A DNA stretch of 64,000 nt from Azolla caroliniana (taxonomy: Eukaryota > Plantae > Polypodiophyta). A program made the position numbers and the translations under genes. Below the pieces are notes generated by a model that was not told the DNA's origin, did no database searches, and was given only the letters and a program-made list of their open reading frames with translations. The DNA lies in the NCBI GenBank assembly GCA_043228905.1, contig JBHGNT010000015.1:5580001-5644000 (forward strand), written 5' to 3'. Below, one piece after another: positions 11,901-23,500 of the stretch (positions within the stretch are counted from its first letter, which is position 1; the number at the start of each line of letters is the position of its first letter).

Positions 11901-14629
11901 ACTTACACGCAAAGAGAAAGGGAAGAAGAAGGTGTCGGATTCCGGCACGGATAAGAACGAGTCTGACCGACGCGAGTCTGACTCCGAGGGAACCGGTCAC
12001 GGGTCTTTAAAGATGAAGACCGCGTCGACCAAGAAGGCCTCGACATCGGCTAATGTGAGATTACGCCGATCTACCCGCCAGAAGAACCCTGTTTTGCGGT
12101 TCGGATACAACGAGTACATGGCGCATCATTATGCGTACATGACCCGTGTAGCGGAAGTGCGTGAACTGGAGAGCTACGCAGAAGCGGCGAAGGACGCGAA
12201 TTGGCGCGCCGCGATGGAGGAAGAGATGCCTGCATTCGCGGAGAACGAGACCTGGGACCTGGTTGACGCACCGAAGGGTGTGAAGCCGATTGGGTGTAGG
12301 TGGGTGTACAAAGTCAAGTACAACACCGATGGCTTGGTCAACCGGTACAAGGCTCGACTAGTGGCAAAGGGCTACGCGCAGAAACACGACATCGACTACG
12401 ATGAGACATTTGCGCCGGTCGCGAAAATGACGACCGTCCGTGTTTTGCTCGCAGTAGCCGCGACCAAGGGGTGGCACCTACATCAAATGGATGTAAAGAA
12501 TGCGTTCCTGCAAGGTGACCTTGAGGAACAAGTGTACATGGTACAACCCCCCGGATTTCACTCCGGAACGAACTCCTCGGCAGTATGCCGACTGAAGAAG
12601 TCCCTTTACGGACTGAAGCAAGCCCCGCGTGCCTGGAACGCGAAGATCACGCAACAATTGCGTCAGATGGGCTTCGTCACGTCAAAATCGGACTCTTCCC
12701 TGTTCATCCGGAAAGGTCAACTCGAACCGGTTAGTATTCTACTATATGTTGATGACTTAGTCATCACCGGCGCTGACCTAGGTGAAATCGACCGCGTGAA
12801 GCTCCAGCTTGCGGCATCGTTCGACATGAAGGATCTGGGGAACCTTCATTACTTCCTCGGGATCGAAGTGATCCGTACCCCCGAAGGCATATTGATTAGC
12901 CAACGTCATTACGTGCTGAGTATGCTCTTCAAATTCAGGATGGCCGACTGTAAGTCCGTCTCGACTCCTCTGGACAGAACCGTCAAGCTTCGTCCCGATA
13001 CGGGAAAGGTATGCGACCCGACGAGGTTCCAACAAATTGTTGGAAGCCTCATATACTTGACCATCACCCGACCCGACCTCAGTTATCCGGTCAGAGTGAT
13101 CAGTCAGTTCATGGCGCAACCTACCGAGGAGCACCTTCAGTGTGCGCGACGCATACTTCAGTATGTCAACGGCACTAAGGACCGGGGACTGCTATATCGG
13201 ACCGGTGCAACCGCGCAGTTAGTCGGCTACACCGATGCTGATTGGGCTGGCAACGCCGCTGATCGTTGATCCACGTCCGGATACGCGTTCTCCCTCGGGA
13301 GTGCCGCGATCGCGTGGAGCAGTAAGAAGCAGCCGACAGTTGCACTATCGAGCACCGAAGCTGAGTACCGAGGAGCGGCTGTCGCGACATGCGAAGCCAT
13401 ATGGTTGAAGCGGCTACTTAAGGACCTACAAGAGGAGGTGTCTGATCTAGCGATGATCTACTGCGACAACCTCAGTAGCATCCAGTTCGCGAAGAACCCC
13501 GTTTTCGACGCACGGACCAAGCACATTGAGGTGCACTACCACTTCGTCCGTGAGCGTGTCCTTTCCAGTGAAGTCGAACTTCAGTACGTGCCGACGAATC
13601 GGGAGACTGCCGACATCTTCACAAAGCCTCTTGGTCTGGACAAGTTGCGGCAATTCTCAGGTGCACTCGGGTTGCGTCACCTCGACATTCCACACGTGAG
13701 GGGGAGAACAATCTCGAACGACCAAGCAAGGCAGTAGGAAAGGAGCGGAGACCGCAACACCGAGTCCGAGTCAGTTGACTCGGTTGTTGAGTTCGACTTC
13801 GGATCGGCTGAAGAAGCTGAGGGCGGACCCGCGGAAAAGTCCAGAAGCGGACAGAAGGGGAGCAACCGAAGGAGAGAGTCGAAGCCAACCACGCATAGGG
13901 GAGATGACGCCGTCGAGGGCGAGAAGACCGAAGACGAGGTTGAGACAGCCAGCTCGGATGAAAGCGAAAACCGATCGGAGGTAGCCGAGTCGGTTCGGAT
14001 GTTTGATTCAGACACGCTGAATCAACCAAGGCCCAAGCGGAAGAAAAGGCAGCAGGAGAAGCGTCAACACCGCAACAACAGAAGAGCTGATAAGGGCCGC
14101 ATGAGCAGACAAGCCGACCGGAAGGGTCGAAGCGCGCGGACTCGAACAGGTCGAGGAGCGCGAGCGAGGCGTGAAGCCAAGAGGAACCGGAGCTGTGACC
14201 CCGAGGATCCCGAAGAGCCTCGAGTTGAGCTTGAGGGGGAGTGTTGAGAGACAAGCTCAACATCGGCCGGATCGGCTGAAGAAGCCGAGGACCGGATTGG
14301 TTGGGACCGATCGGTTAGGCCGAGTGCGTAAACCGGGAGGCCGTTAGGAAAGATATTCCGTGAGGAATATGTTTGGGAGTTAGTGTAGGAGCTCTTAATG
14401 AGCATTGAAGTACCGTCAGTACTTCAATCAGTCCTTCGAGGACTTGTATAAAAGTGTTCATGGAACACACATGTATGTACAGATTGAGTATTATTGTTGA
14501 ATATAGATTTTGTGTTTCTCTCTCTCTGTCTCTCCTGCGTATACTGTGTAAGCTCAAGCTCTCCATTAAACCTGAGTTTCCTTCCTTCTGTTCGGTCTTT
14601 ATACTTGCTTCCGCACGCTACTTTTTACA
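8946..14629 (+). mobile_element. Ty1/copia element A (younger, same family as B), 388-bp LTRs at 8946-9333 and 14242-14629
   Basis: Near-identical LTRs, PBS TGGTATTAGAGC at 9334, PPT GAGGGGGAG, TSD ACAAT/ACAAC. Inserted in the 5' leader of B just before its gag ATG. Confidence 0.93.
9406..14247 (+). pseudogene. Copia gag-pol polyprotein of element A (gag, PR, IN, RT, RNase H plus C-terminal extension) with several in-frame stops
   Basis: Same-frame ORFs 9406-10575, 10588-10935, 11014-13269, 13405-13737 and 13999-14247. Motifs CWYCGKKGHRESEC, WYVDSG, TPEQNGVAERKNR, QMDVKNAFL, LYVDDL, YTDADWAG, RTKHIEVHYHF. Confidence 0.92.
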
Positions 14630-14637
14630 ACAACAAT

Positions 14638-17600
14638 ATGGACAGAGGAATGGGAAGCTCACTACCTACTGAGAAGCTCGACATGAGCAACTACGCATCT
14701 TGGTCGTACAAGATGCACTAGTACCTGCTTGGTCATGGTTACTGGAGTTATGTCGAAGGAGCTAAAGATACAACACCCAAATCGACACACACAAATTTTT
14801 CCGCTTGGGAACAAGCGGCAAGCAGAGTTCTTTATTGCTTCGCGTTGTGTGTGAGTGACCAGCTCTTGAGCTACATTTGGGATGCTAAGACGCCAAAGGA
14901 CGCGTGGGCGAATCTCAAGGGGATTTTCGCCGCTAGCACAATGGCCAGGAAGCTACAGCTCAGGCAGGAGCTCAGCAATGTCTGATAGAAAGATCTGTCT
15001 GTGGCTGATTACACAGACCGAATCAAGGAGATCTACGACTCTCTTGCCTCTGTCAACATGAACGTCGAGGAGGAAGAAATGGTGCAGGTTTGTCCTGGAG
15101 GGTTTGCGTCAAAGTTCGGAGCATTCTGAACAACAGTCTGCACAAGGGAGAATACTCGTTCGTTCTTCAAGCTTCAGTCGATGTTGCTCGTGGAGGAAAA
15201 TCACGTGGGTGCGTCGACGAGTACGCACGCCGATGGAAGGATGATGTACACGGAGGAAGATAGGCCCCATGGTCGTGGTGGAAGAGGTGGATCGGCATGC
15301 AATGGAGGCGGCCAAAAAGAGCAGAACATGCGGCATAATTGAAATGCCGGAAGCAATTTTGAACCCTTCGGAAGTAGGGGGAGTCATAGAGGTGTCAGAA
15401 GCCGGCAAGAGAAAGCCGTGACGGAATGCTAGTACCGTGGCAAGAAAGGCCACAAGGAGACCAAGTGCTGGAAGAAGAGAGCCGATTCCGACAAAGCCGG
15501 GTTGAGCCGAAGAGACGAAGGAAGGCGGTAGAAATCGCACTACGCCGAGGGCTCCGAACGAGCTAGAAATGGATCAGGCCCAACCTTCATAATGAAGCAC
15601 AAAGGCAATTCGATGGACGTGAACACCTCTAAACCAAGCGAGGTGTGGTATGTTGATTCCGGAGCGTCGAATCATATGACGAGTCACGAGGAATGGTTCT
15701 CGTATTTGGAGAAACTGGAAAAACAAGGAGTGGTCGAAACGGGAGACGACACTCCGCATACCATCGAACATGTCGGTGAAGTTCCCCTCAGCCACATCGG
15801 GCTGAAAGGGAAACTCATGAACGTGTTGCACGTCTCGACAATAACCAAGAACCTGGTGTCGGTCGGTCAGATCGTCGACCAAGGGATGCAAATTCGATTC
15901 ACACACCTCGGGTGCTACATCGAGGAGGAAGGCCAAGTTATCGTGCAAGGGCACCGTGAAGGGAGGATGTTCATCCTCGACACCAATTAAGTCGGAACTG
16001 CGCTGTTCGCGAAAGGACAAAAGGTCGAGTCCGATATCGACCTGTGGCACAAGTGGTTTGACCACATTAACTTCCCACGGCTTCGTGAAATGCAGACGAA
16101 GAACATTGTTTTTGGTTGCCGAAATTTCGTGGCCGGAATGGCCAAGTCTGCGAAGCCTGCCAACTCGGGAAGCAGCACCGACTTTCATTACCCAATGAGC
16201 GTAATCAGAGTCAAAATATGTTGGATTTGATCCATTCGGATGTGTGGGGACTAGCACAGAATGTGAGTTTCAGTGGTAGCCATTACATCGTCACCTTCAT
16301 CGATGACTTCACTCGGCATACCTGGACATGTACGATCGCGAAGAAGAGAGAAGTCTTCACATGTTTCCTGAAGGTAAAGAACCTTGTAGAAAGGGAAACA
16401 GGGCGTAAGATCAAATGCCTATGGTCCAATGGTGGGAAGGAGTATTTCTCCGACCAGTTCATGAGTTATCTACAGAAGGAGGGAATTCGACGCGAATTCT
16501 CGTGTAGATATACGTCGGAGCAAAACAACGTAGCCCAGCGAAAGAACTGTACGATCGAAGAAGCCGCCAGGGCATTGCTTGAAGAGAAGCATATGCCGAA
16601 GTTTTACTGGCCTGAAGCCGTAATGACGACTATTTATTTGCAGAATCAAACTTCTGCTAATGGAGGAGTGTCACCACATGAGTTGTATTTCAGGAAGAAG
16701 CCAAACCTGGCACACTTGAGGATTTTCGGCAGCTTGCATATGTGGATGTGCTGAACGAGAAGAGGAGGAGGCTGGACGCCAAAGCCGAGAAGTGTATCTC
16801 GATCGGCTATTCAGATGAGTAGAAGGGGTATAAGTGCTATAACCCCCGAACAAAGGAAGTTTGTGTAAGCCGAGATGTCGTGTTCGACGAGTCCGCTTCG
16901 TGGTACTTGCCTTCACCTCCATTACCTCATGACTCCATTCCGAATTCTGAAGAAGAGGTCAGTAAGATTAGGAAATCAGAGCTCTGATAGAGAGTCTGAT
17001 CTCATTTTGGCTAAGTGGGCCTAATTAGGGGTTGGGCCAACATGGCCACCCAAATGAAGAGTTGGCGAGTAGTGGAGACTCTGCTGTGTTGTCCCCTCAT
17101 AAAGAACCGAGTAGAGGGTTTACGCGTAAAGAAAAAGGGAAGAAGAAAATGTCGGAATATGATTTCGGCAGTGCCGAGTTAGAACAGAGCGAATCTGGCG
17201 TCAGGCCAATTGAGAATGACTCTCCACGAAAGAAGTCAAAATATGCCGAAAAGGCCGTGAAATCGGGTAATCACGAATTACACCAATCTACCCGCTTGAA
17301 GAACCCCGTAAAAAGATACAGGTACAACGAATACATGGCGCACAATTATGCGTACATTACATGAGTGGTGGAAGTGCATGAGCCGGAGAGCTATGCAAAA
17401 GCGGCAGAAGACGCAAACTGGCGTGCCGCGATGGAGGAAGAGATGCACGCTTTATCGAACAAGGAGACTTGGGACCTGGTTGACGCACCTAAAGGTGTTA
17501 AGCCAATCAGATGCAGATGGGTGTTTAAGGTAAAATACAACACTGACAGCTTGGTCAATTGATATAAGGCCCGGTTGGTTGCGAAAGGCTACGCGCAGAA

Positions 17601-19260
17601 GCACGACATAGATTACAACGAGATGTTCGCACCAATCACGAAGATGACCACCGTGCATCTTTTGCTAGCCGTAGTAGCGGTGAAGGGGTGGCACTTACAT
17701 TAGATGGATGTAAAAAATGCATTTCTGCAAGGTGATCTTGAGGAACAGCTGTACATGGTATAGCCCCCCGGATTTCTATCCAAACAAAACACTTTGGCAA
17801 GTTGCCGATCGAAGAAGTCTTTATACGAACTTAAGCAAGCCCCGTGAGCTTGGAACACGAAGATTACACATCGGTTGCGTAGGATGGGGTTCACGACGTC
17901 TAAGTTAGACTATTCATTATTTCCTTGGCAAGGTAAATATGAACTGGTTAGTCTTCTACTATATGTTGATGATTTAGTCATCGCCAATGCCGACCTGGAA
18001 GAAATCAGCCGCATCAAGTCTCAGCTTGCGGTATCATTCGACATGAAGGAACTTGGAGACCTTTATTACTTCCTCGGGATCAAAGTGATCCATTCCCCCG
18101 AAGGCATATTGATCAGCCAACGTCATTATGTGCTGAACATGCTCTTCAAGTTCGGGATGGCAAATTGTAAGCCCATCTCGATCCCTCTAGACAGAAACGT
18201 AAAGCTTCAACGTGATTCGGGTAAGCCGCGTCGGCTTGATCAGTCAGTTTATGTCACAGCCTACAGCGGAACACTTTTAGTGCGTGCAAAGGATATTGCG
18301 ATATGTCAGTGGCACAAAAGACATGGCGTTGTTGTATCGTACAAGTGTAGCCGAACAGTTTGTTGGCTACACAGATGCCGATTGGGACGGAAATACCCAC
18401 GATCGTAGATCCACATCCAGATACACATTCTCATTGGAAAGTGCAACAATCGCGTGGAGCAGTAAGAAGTAGCCAACAATAACGTTGTTGAGCACAGAGG
18501 TCGAATATCGAGTGGCGACTATCGCTATGTGCGAAGTCATTTGGTTGAGACGGCTATTACGAGATCTACATGTGGAGGTGTCCGATCTGACAATGATCTA
18601 TTGTGACAACCTCAACAGTATCCACCTTGCAAAAAATCCAGTATTCTATGCCCGGACCAAGCACATTGAGGTGGACTACCATTTTTTCCACGAGCTTGTG
18701 CTTTTTGGTGAAGTCGAACTAGCATATGTTCCAATGGGTCGGCAGATTGCCGACATCTTCACAAGCCCCTTGGTCTCGACAAGTTGCGGTATTTTTCAGG
18801 TGAGCTAGGGTTGAGTCACCTCGACACGCCGAACTTGAGGGGGAGACAGGAACAGGAGCGTGAAAGAAGCGGTAGTGACCGCGATGCCGAGACAAATGAA
18901 GAATTTGATTTCGGGCCGACTGAAGAAGCCAAAGAAGAAAACAAGGGCCGTAATCGCATGAAAGAGTCGAAGATAGCCGAACAAAGGGAAAATACAGCCA
19001 AGAAGGGCGTAAAGGCCAAGACCAAGACGTGGTCTGATGTTGTCAAGGGACTGAAAACAGAAGACGAATTGGAGACAACCAATTCGGGCGAAAGTGGAAT
19101 TGAATCGGAAATGACCGATTCAATCGAAATGTTCGATTTGGACATTACGAATCGACTGAGGGCCAAATGGAGGAAAGGGCAACAAAAGAGGTGCCAACAC
19201 CGCATCAACAAAGGAGCTAAAAAGGGCCACATTAGTAGACAAGCCGATCGGAAGGGTTGA
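14638..19260 (+). pseudogene. Degenerate copia gag-pol of element B
   Basis: MDRGMGSSLPTEKLD gag start, WYVDSGASNH, HSDVWG, LYVDDL and RTKHIEV motifs, with many stops and frameshifts. Confidence 0.88.
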
Positions 19261-20529
19261 AGCGCGTGGAATCGAACAGGTCGAGGAGCGTGAGCAAGGC
19301 GTGAAGCCAGGAGAGGCCAGAGCAAAGATCCGGAAAAGCATATGGAATCTCAAGTTGAGCTTGAGGGGGAGTGTTGAGAGACAAGCTCAACATTGGGTGC
19401 ATAAACGGGTGCATAACCCAGGGCGTAGACTGGGTGCGTAAAACCGTGCACACAATATGTCTGTAGTGGTGTGTAAACCGAGAGGCCGTTAGAATGTTAT
19501 TCCTCGTAAGGAATAATTTTGGGAGTAAGTGTAAGATTCTCATTTATGAGCGGTTAAGTATTGTAAGTACTTGTGTGAGCCCAATAGTCAGGGCTTGTAT
19601 AAAAGGTGCTCACTGAGCACAAAGTATGTACTGAGAACATACAAAGAATTATTTTTGAATATAGTTCCCTTTCTGCTCTCTCTATCTCTCCCTCTCCTTC
19701 TTTGTGATTTCCGCGTTATACCGAACTGTCATACTTCCGAACCGTGTACTTTGTGTCTTTCGCATGTAACGCTTCCGCACACGTATTCATTTACAATCCT
19801 TTACTCGTTTTGGAGTGGCCCATTCTTGGATAGTCTTCATTTTCCTTGGATCCATGGTGATGCCTTGGGGTGAGATAACATAACCAAGAAATTCTATGGA
19901 ATTGTGATCAAACTCACATTTTTCTCTCTTGGCATAGAGGCCATGCTCCCTGAGTTTTGAGAGAATCAATTGAACGTGGTGAGTATTCTTTTCAATGCTT
20001 GACGAGAAGACAAGAATGTCATCAAGGTAGATAATGACAAACTGATCGAGATATTCTCAAAATATGTCGTTCATCATATGTTGAAAAACAACTAGAGCAT
20101 TGATGAGGCCAAAAGGTATTACCTTGTACTCGAAGTGTTTGTATCGCGTACGAAATGTTGTCTTCCATTCATCACTAGGTTTAATCCAAACTAAGTTGTA
20201 GGCTCCAAGGCGATCGAGGAGTAGACATGTGCACTACCAAGGCGATCGAGGAGTTCTGGGATTAGAGGTAAAGGGTAGCGATTACCGTGATTTTATTGAG
20301 GCGACGATAATCCACACAAAGGCGCAACGATCCATCCTTTTTCTTTACAAACAAGATGGGGAACCTAGTTGGTGACTTAGATGGTTGGATGAAGCCCTTC
20401 TCCAAATTTTCATCTAGATATGTGGGAAGAGCCTCTAGTTCTGGTTCAGAGAGACCATAGATGGGCCCAAAGGGTAGAAACGTGCATTCTTGTTGATCGA
20501 TCCGACAATCATATGGTTGATGCTCTGGT

Positions 20530-23500
20530 AAGTCTTGCAATACATCTCAAATTGGCCTCTATACTCACCACCGTTATCTGTTCGGACAACTTTCAACTTC
20601 TGTCCAGATTCCCTTTCTGCCCTTGCATGAAACTCTTTAAAGATCAACATCACTTGGTCTTTAGACACCAATGTGAAAGCCCACCCCTTTCTGCTGAAGT
20701 CATCCATAAATGTAACGAAGTATTGTCCACCATGATATGATGGAGCCTCCACATAGCACACATCTATGTGGACCAGTTCTAGGGCACGTTCTTTTCTCAT
20801 CGGAGGCCTACAGTGAAAGGCAACTCTGTTCTACTTTCCAATACACACATTTTTCAAGGTGTATTCCTTTCACTTCTGGTAGGAGATCCTTTTCAGCAAG
20901 GATATGTTAGGATTTCGGTCCCTCCGGATGGGATGATGAAGGTCCGGTTAGAACCGGATAATGAAGGCCCGGTGAGAACCAGATGATGAAGACTTGGTGA
21001 GAACTGGATGAAGAGACATATATGTAAATATGTTCCAGAGAGAGAGCCCACCAGGGCTATATTTGTAAATAGCTTGAAAGTCATATTAGTATAAATATGA
21101 CCTAGGGCAAACTCTTATTGTGGGTTGTTGTCATTATTTTGTATAGAGTTATTGGTGTAACTGTTCTACAAAGTGTAGGAGAGGAAAGAGAGAGAGAGAG
21201 AGACAAAGCGAGTCTCAGTTGTAACCGCTTGTTGGCGAAGATTGAGAGCACGAGGTCGTTGTCACTATGTTCCCCCTGTTATATTCTTCTAGACATATTG
21301 ATAGTTTGGAGATAGTGGGCTCTCGTGGTTTTTCCCGTTTAGGGTTTTCCACGTAAACATCCTATGTACTCTCTCTTGCTCTATTGTTTGTGTGTATACG
21401 TGCATTTCTTCCTATTCCCATCTTTCTGTGGTTGATCCTAAGACTCGGTTGTGGCCGAGCAATATTCCGCATATTCTTGTAAAACTAGTATCAGAGCGAA
21501 ACAACACAGAAAATGGAAGATTCGTTTGGAGGTATGTTCAAGCTCACCGGCTCCAACTACTCAGTGTGGAAGTCGAAGATGAGGGACATGCTTGTGGTTA
21601 AAGATCTTTGGTTGTCAGTTCAGTTCAGGGACAAGAGACTGGATAAGATCGACGCCACGATGTGGGAGGTGATGCACATGAAGAGAACAACTTACATCCG
21701 ATGCTTCATCGACATGAGCTTGTACAACAACTTCAATGAAGAGAGCAAGGCTCATGAGCTATGAGAGAAGATCGACATTATGTTTCAAAACAAAAATGTT
21801 GTTAATCGGGTTTCGGTATTTTAGAAGCTAGTGAGGCTCCGGTACCAAGACAACTCCAGTATGGCGGAGCACATGAATGCCTTCCAAGGGCTAATTCACC
21901 AGGCAACATCGTTGGAAGTACCTCTCGCCGATGAGGTACTAGCATTGCTCCTGCTCGGTTCCCTCCCGGATAGCTGGGAGACGTTAGTTGTCACTTTGGG
22001 CAATACCGGACCGGAAGGGAAACAATTATCCCTAGCAAGAGTTAAATCGAGCTTGCTAGATGAGGAGGCGCATCAGAAAGAAAAGGAGGTGATCTCCGAC
22101 GCCAAAGCCCTCCTTACCGAATAAACTAAGTCAGTACCGATTCGACGAAGTCACCGAACCGAAACGGTTCGGATCGACGAGGACCGGATCAAAAGGGAAC
22201 GACGACAAAGCCCTCCTTACCGAATCGGAACGCAAAAGACCAAGGAATCGGAGTCCCCAAAACCCGAAAAAGTCAGGGACATGGTCAAAGTCAAGGGGGA
22301 GGCCCACTTGCTTCTATTACGGCAAGCCGGGGCACTTCCAGAAGAACTATCGGCATTTCTGGAAAGACAAGGGAACCGATAGTACCGATTCAACGAAGTC
22401 ACCGAACCGAAACGGTTCGGATTGGCGAGGACCGGACCGGAAGGGAACGATGACAATCGTGGCAAGTGAAGAAGAGTTGTTGCTCATCACTGAGGAGAGT
22501 GAGTTGAACCTTGTTGGTGACGAGACAACGTGGGTTGTCGATTTCGGCGCATCGTTCCACCTGACCCCGAATCAGAAATGCTTCTCATCCTACACAACTG
22601 GTGATCACGGTTGTGTCCGGATGGGGAATGAAGGAACATGCCAAATTGTCAGCATAGGAGACGTGTGGTTGACAACACCAACTGGTTGCTGAAGGATGTC
22701 CAACACGTTCCGGAGGTTCGACTGAACCTTATATCAACCGGTTGGCTAGATGATAAAGGCTACACGGGTAGCATTCGGAACAGTGTCATGAAGTTCAACA
22801 AGGGGAGCCTGATAGTGGCTCGGGCCCCAAAAGTCAACACATTGTACCTGATGAATGCCCGGTTATGCCGGGAAGAAGTGAACGTTGCATCCGACATTGC
22901 CAGTGAGCTGTGGCACAAAAGACTGTGTCACATGAGTGAGAAGGGGATGAAGAGGCTTTCTGAAGAAAACCTCATTCTGGTGAAGGACGTGCATCTTGAG
23001 AGGTGCACCGACTGCCTGGCCGGTAAGCAAAACCGGACCTCCTTCCAATCAAGGCCACCGATGAGACGTAATGCACCACCGGAGCTGATGCATACCGATG
23101 TGTGTCAAGTGGACACGAAGTCACATGCCGGATTGCAGTACTTCATGACGTTCATAGATGATTACGACCGGAAGCTGTGGGCCACACCGTTGAAGATGAA
23201 GGATCAGGTGTTATTCGTCTTCAAGGAGCTCCACACAAGAGTGGAAAGAGAAACCGGTCGGAAGATGAAGGCGGTTCGAGCAGATAATGGAGGAGAATAC
23301 CGGGGGCAGTTCGATGAGTACTGCCGCTTGAAGGGAATCCGGCTCAAATTTACCGTGCCGAAGACGCCAGAACTAAACGGGTTGGCCAAGAGGATGAACC
23401 GGACCATAATGGAGAGGGTCCGGAGTATGTTGGCACATGGAAGGTTACCCAAGACATTTTGGGCTGAGGCGCTGGCAACAACGACGTACATGACAAATTG

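Larger units (their letters stand above)
8437..19795 (+). mobile_element. Ty1/copia element B (older copy), LTRs 8437-8845 and 19372-19795, containing nested element A
   Basis: TG...CA LTRs, PBS TGGTATCAGAG at 8846 (initiator tRNA-Met), PPT GAGGGGGAG before 19372, perfect TSD ATCCT. Confidence 0.92.
2166..20530 (-). mobile_element. Old Ty3/gypsy (chromovirus-like) pol remnant C, split into pieces at ~2166-2481, 3291-4104, 7866-8436 and 19801-20530 by later insertions
   Basis: Collinear minus-strand pieces: RT N-term ([32 protein letters not shown]), RT (LYAKREKCEF...IEFLGYVIS), RT/RNase H ([16 protein letters not shown]), integrase Zn finger (HEDPLAGHFG...CDTC) and integrase core/C-term (QNDWIDFLPL, GVTPFFANYGFHP). 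Reading resumes across the TSD-flanked insertions. Confidence 0.85.
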
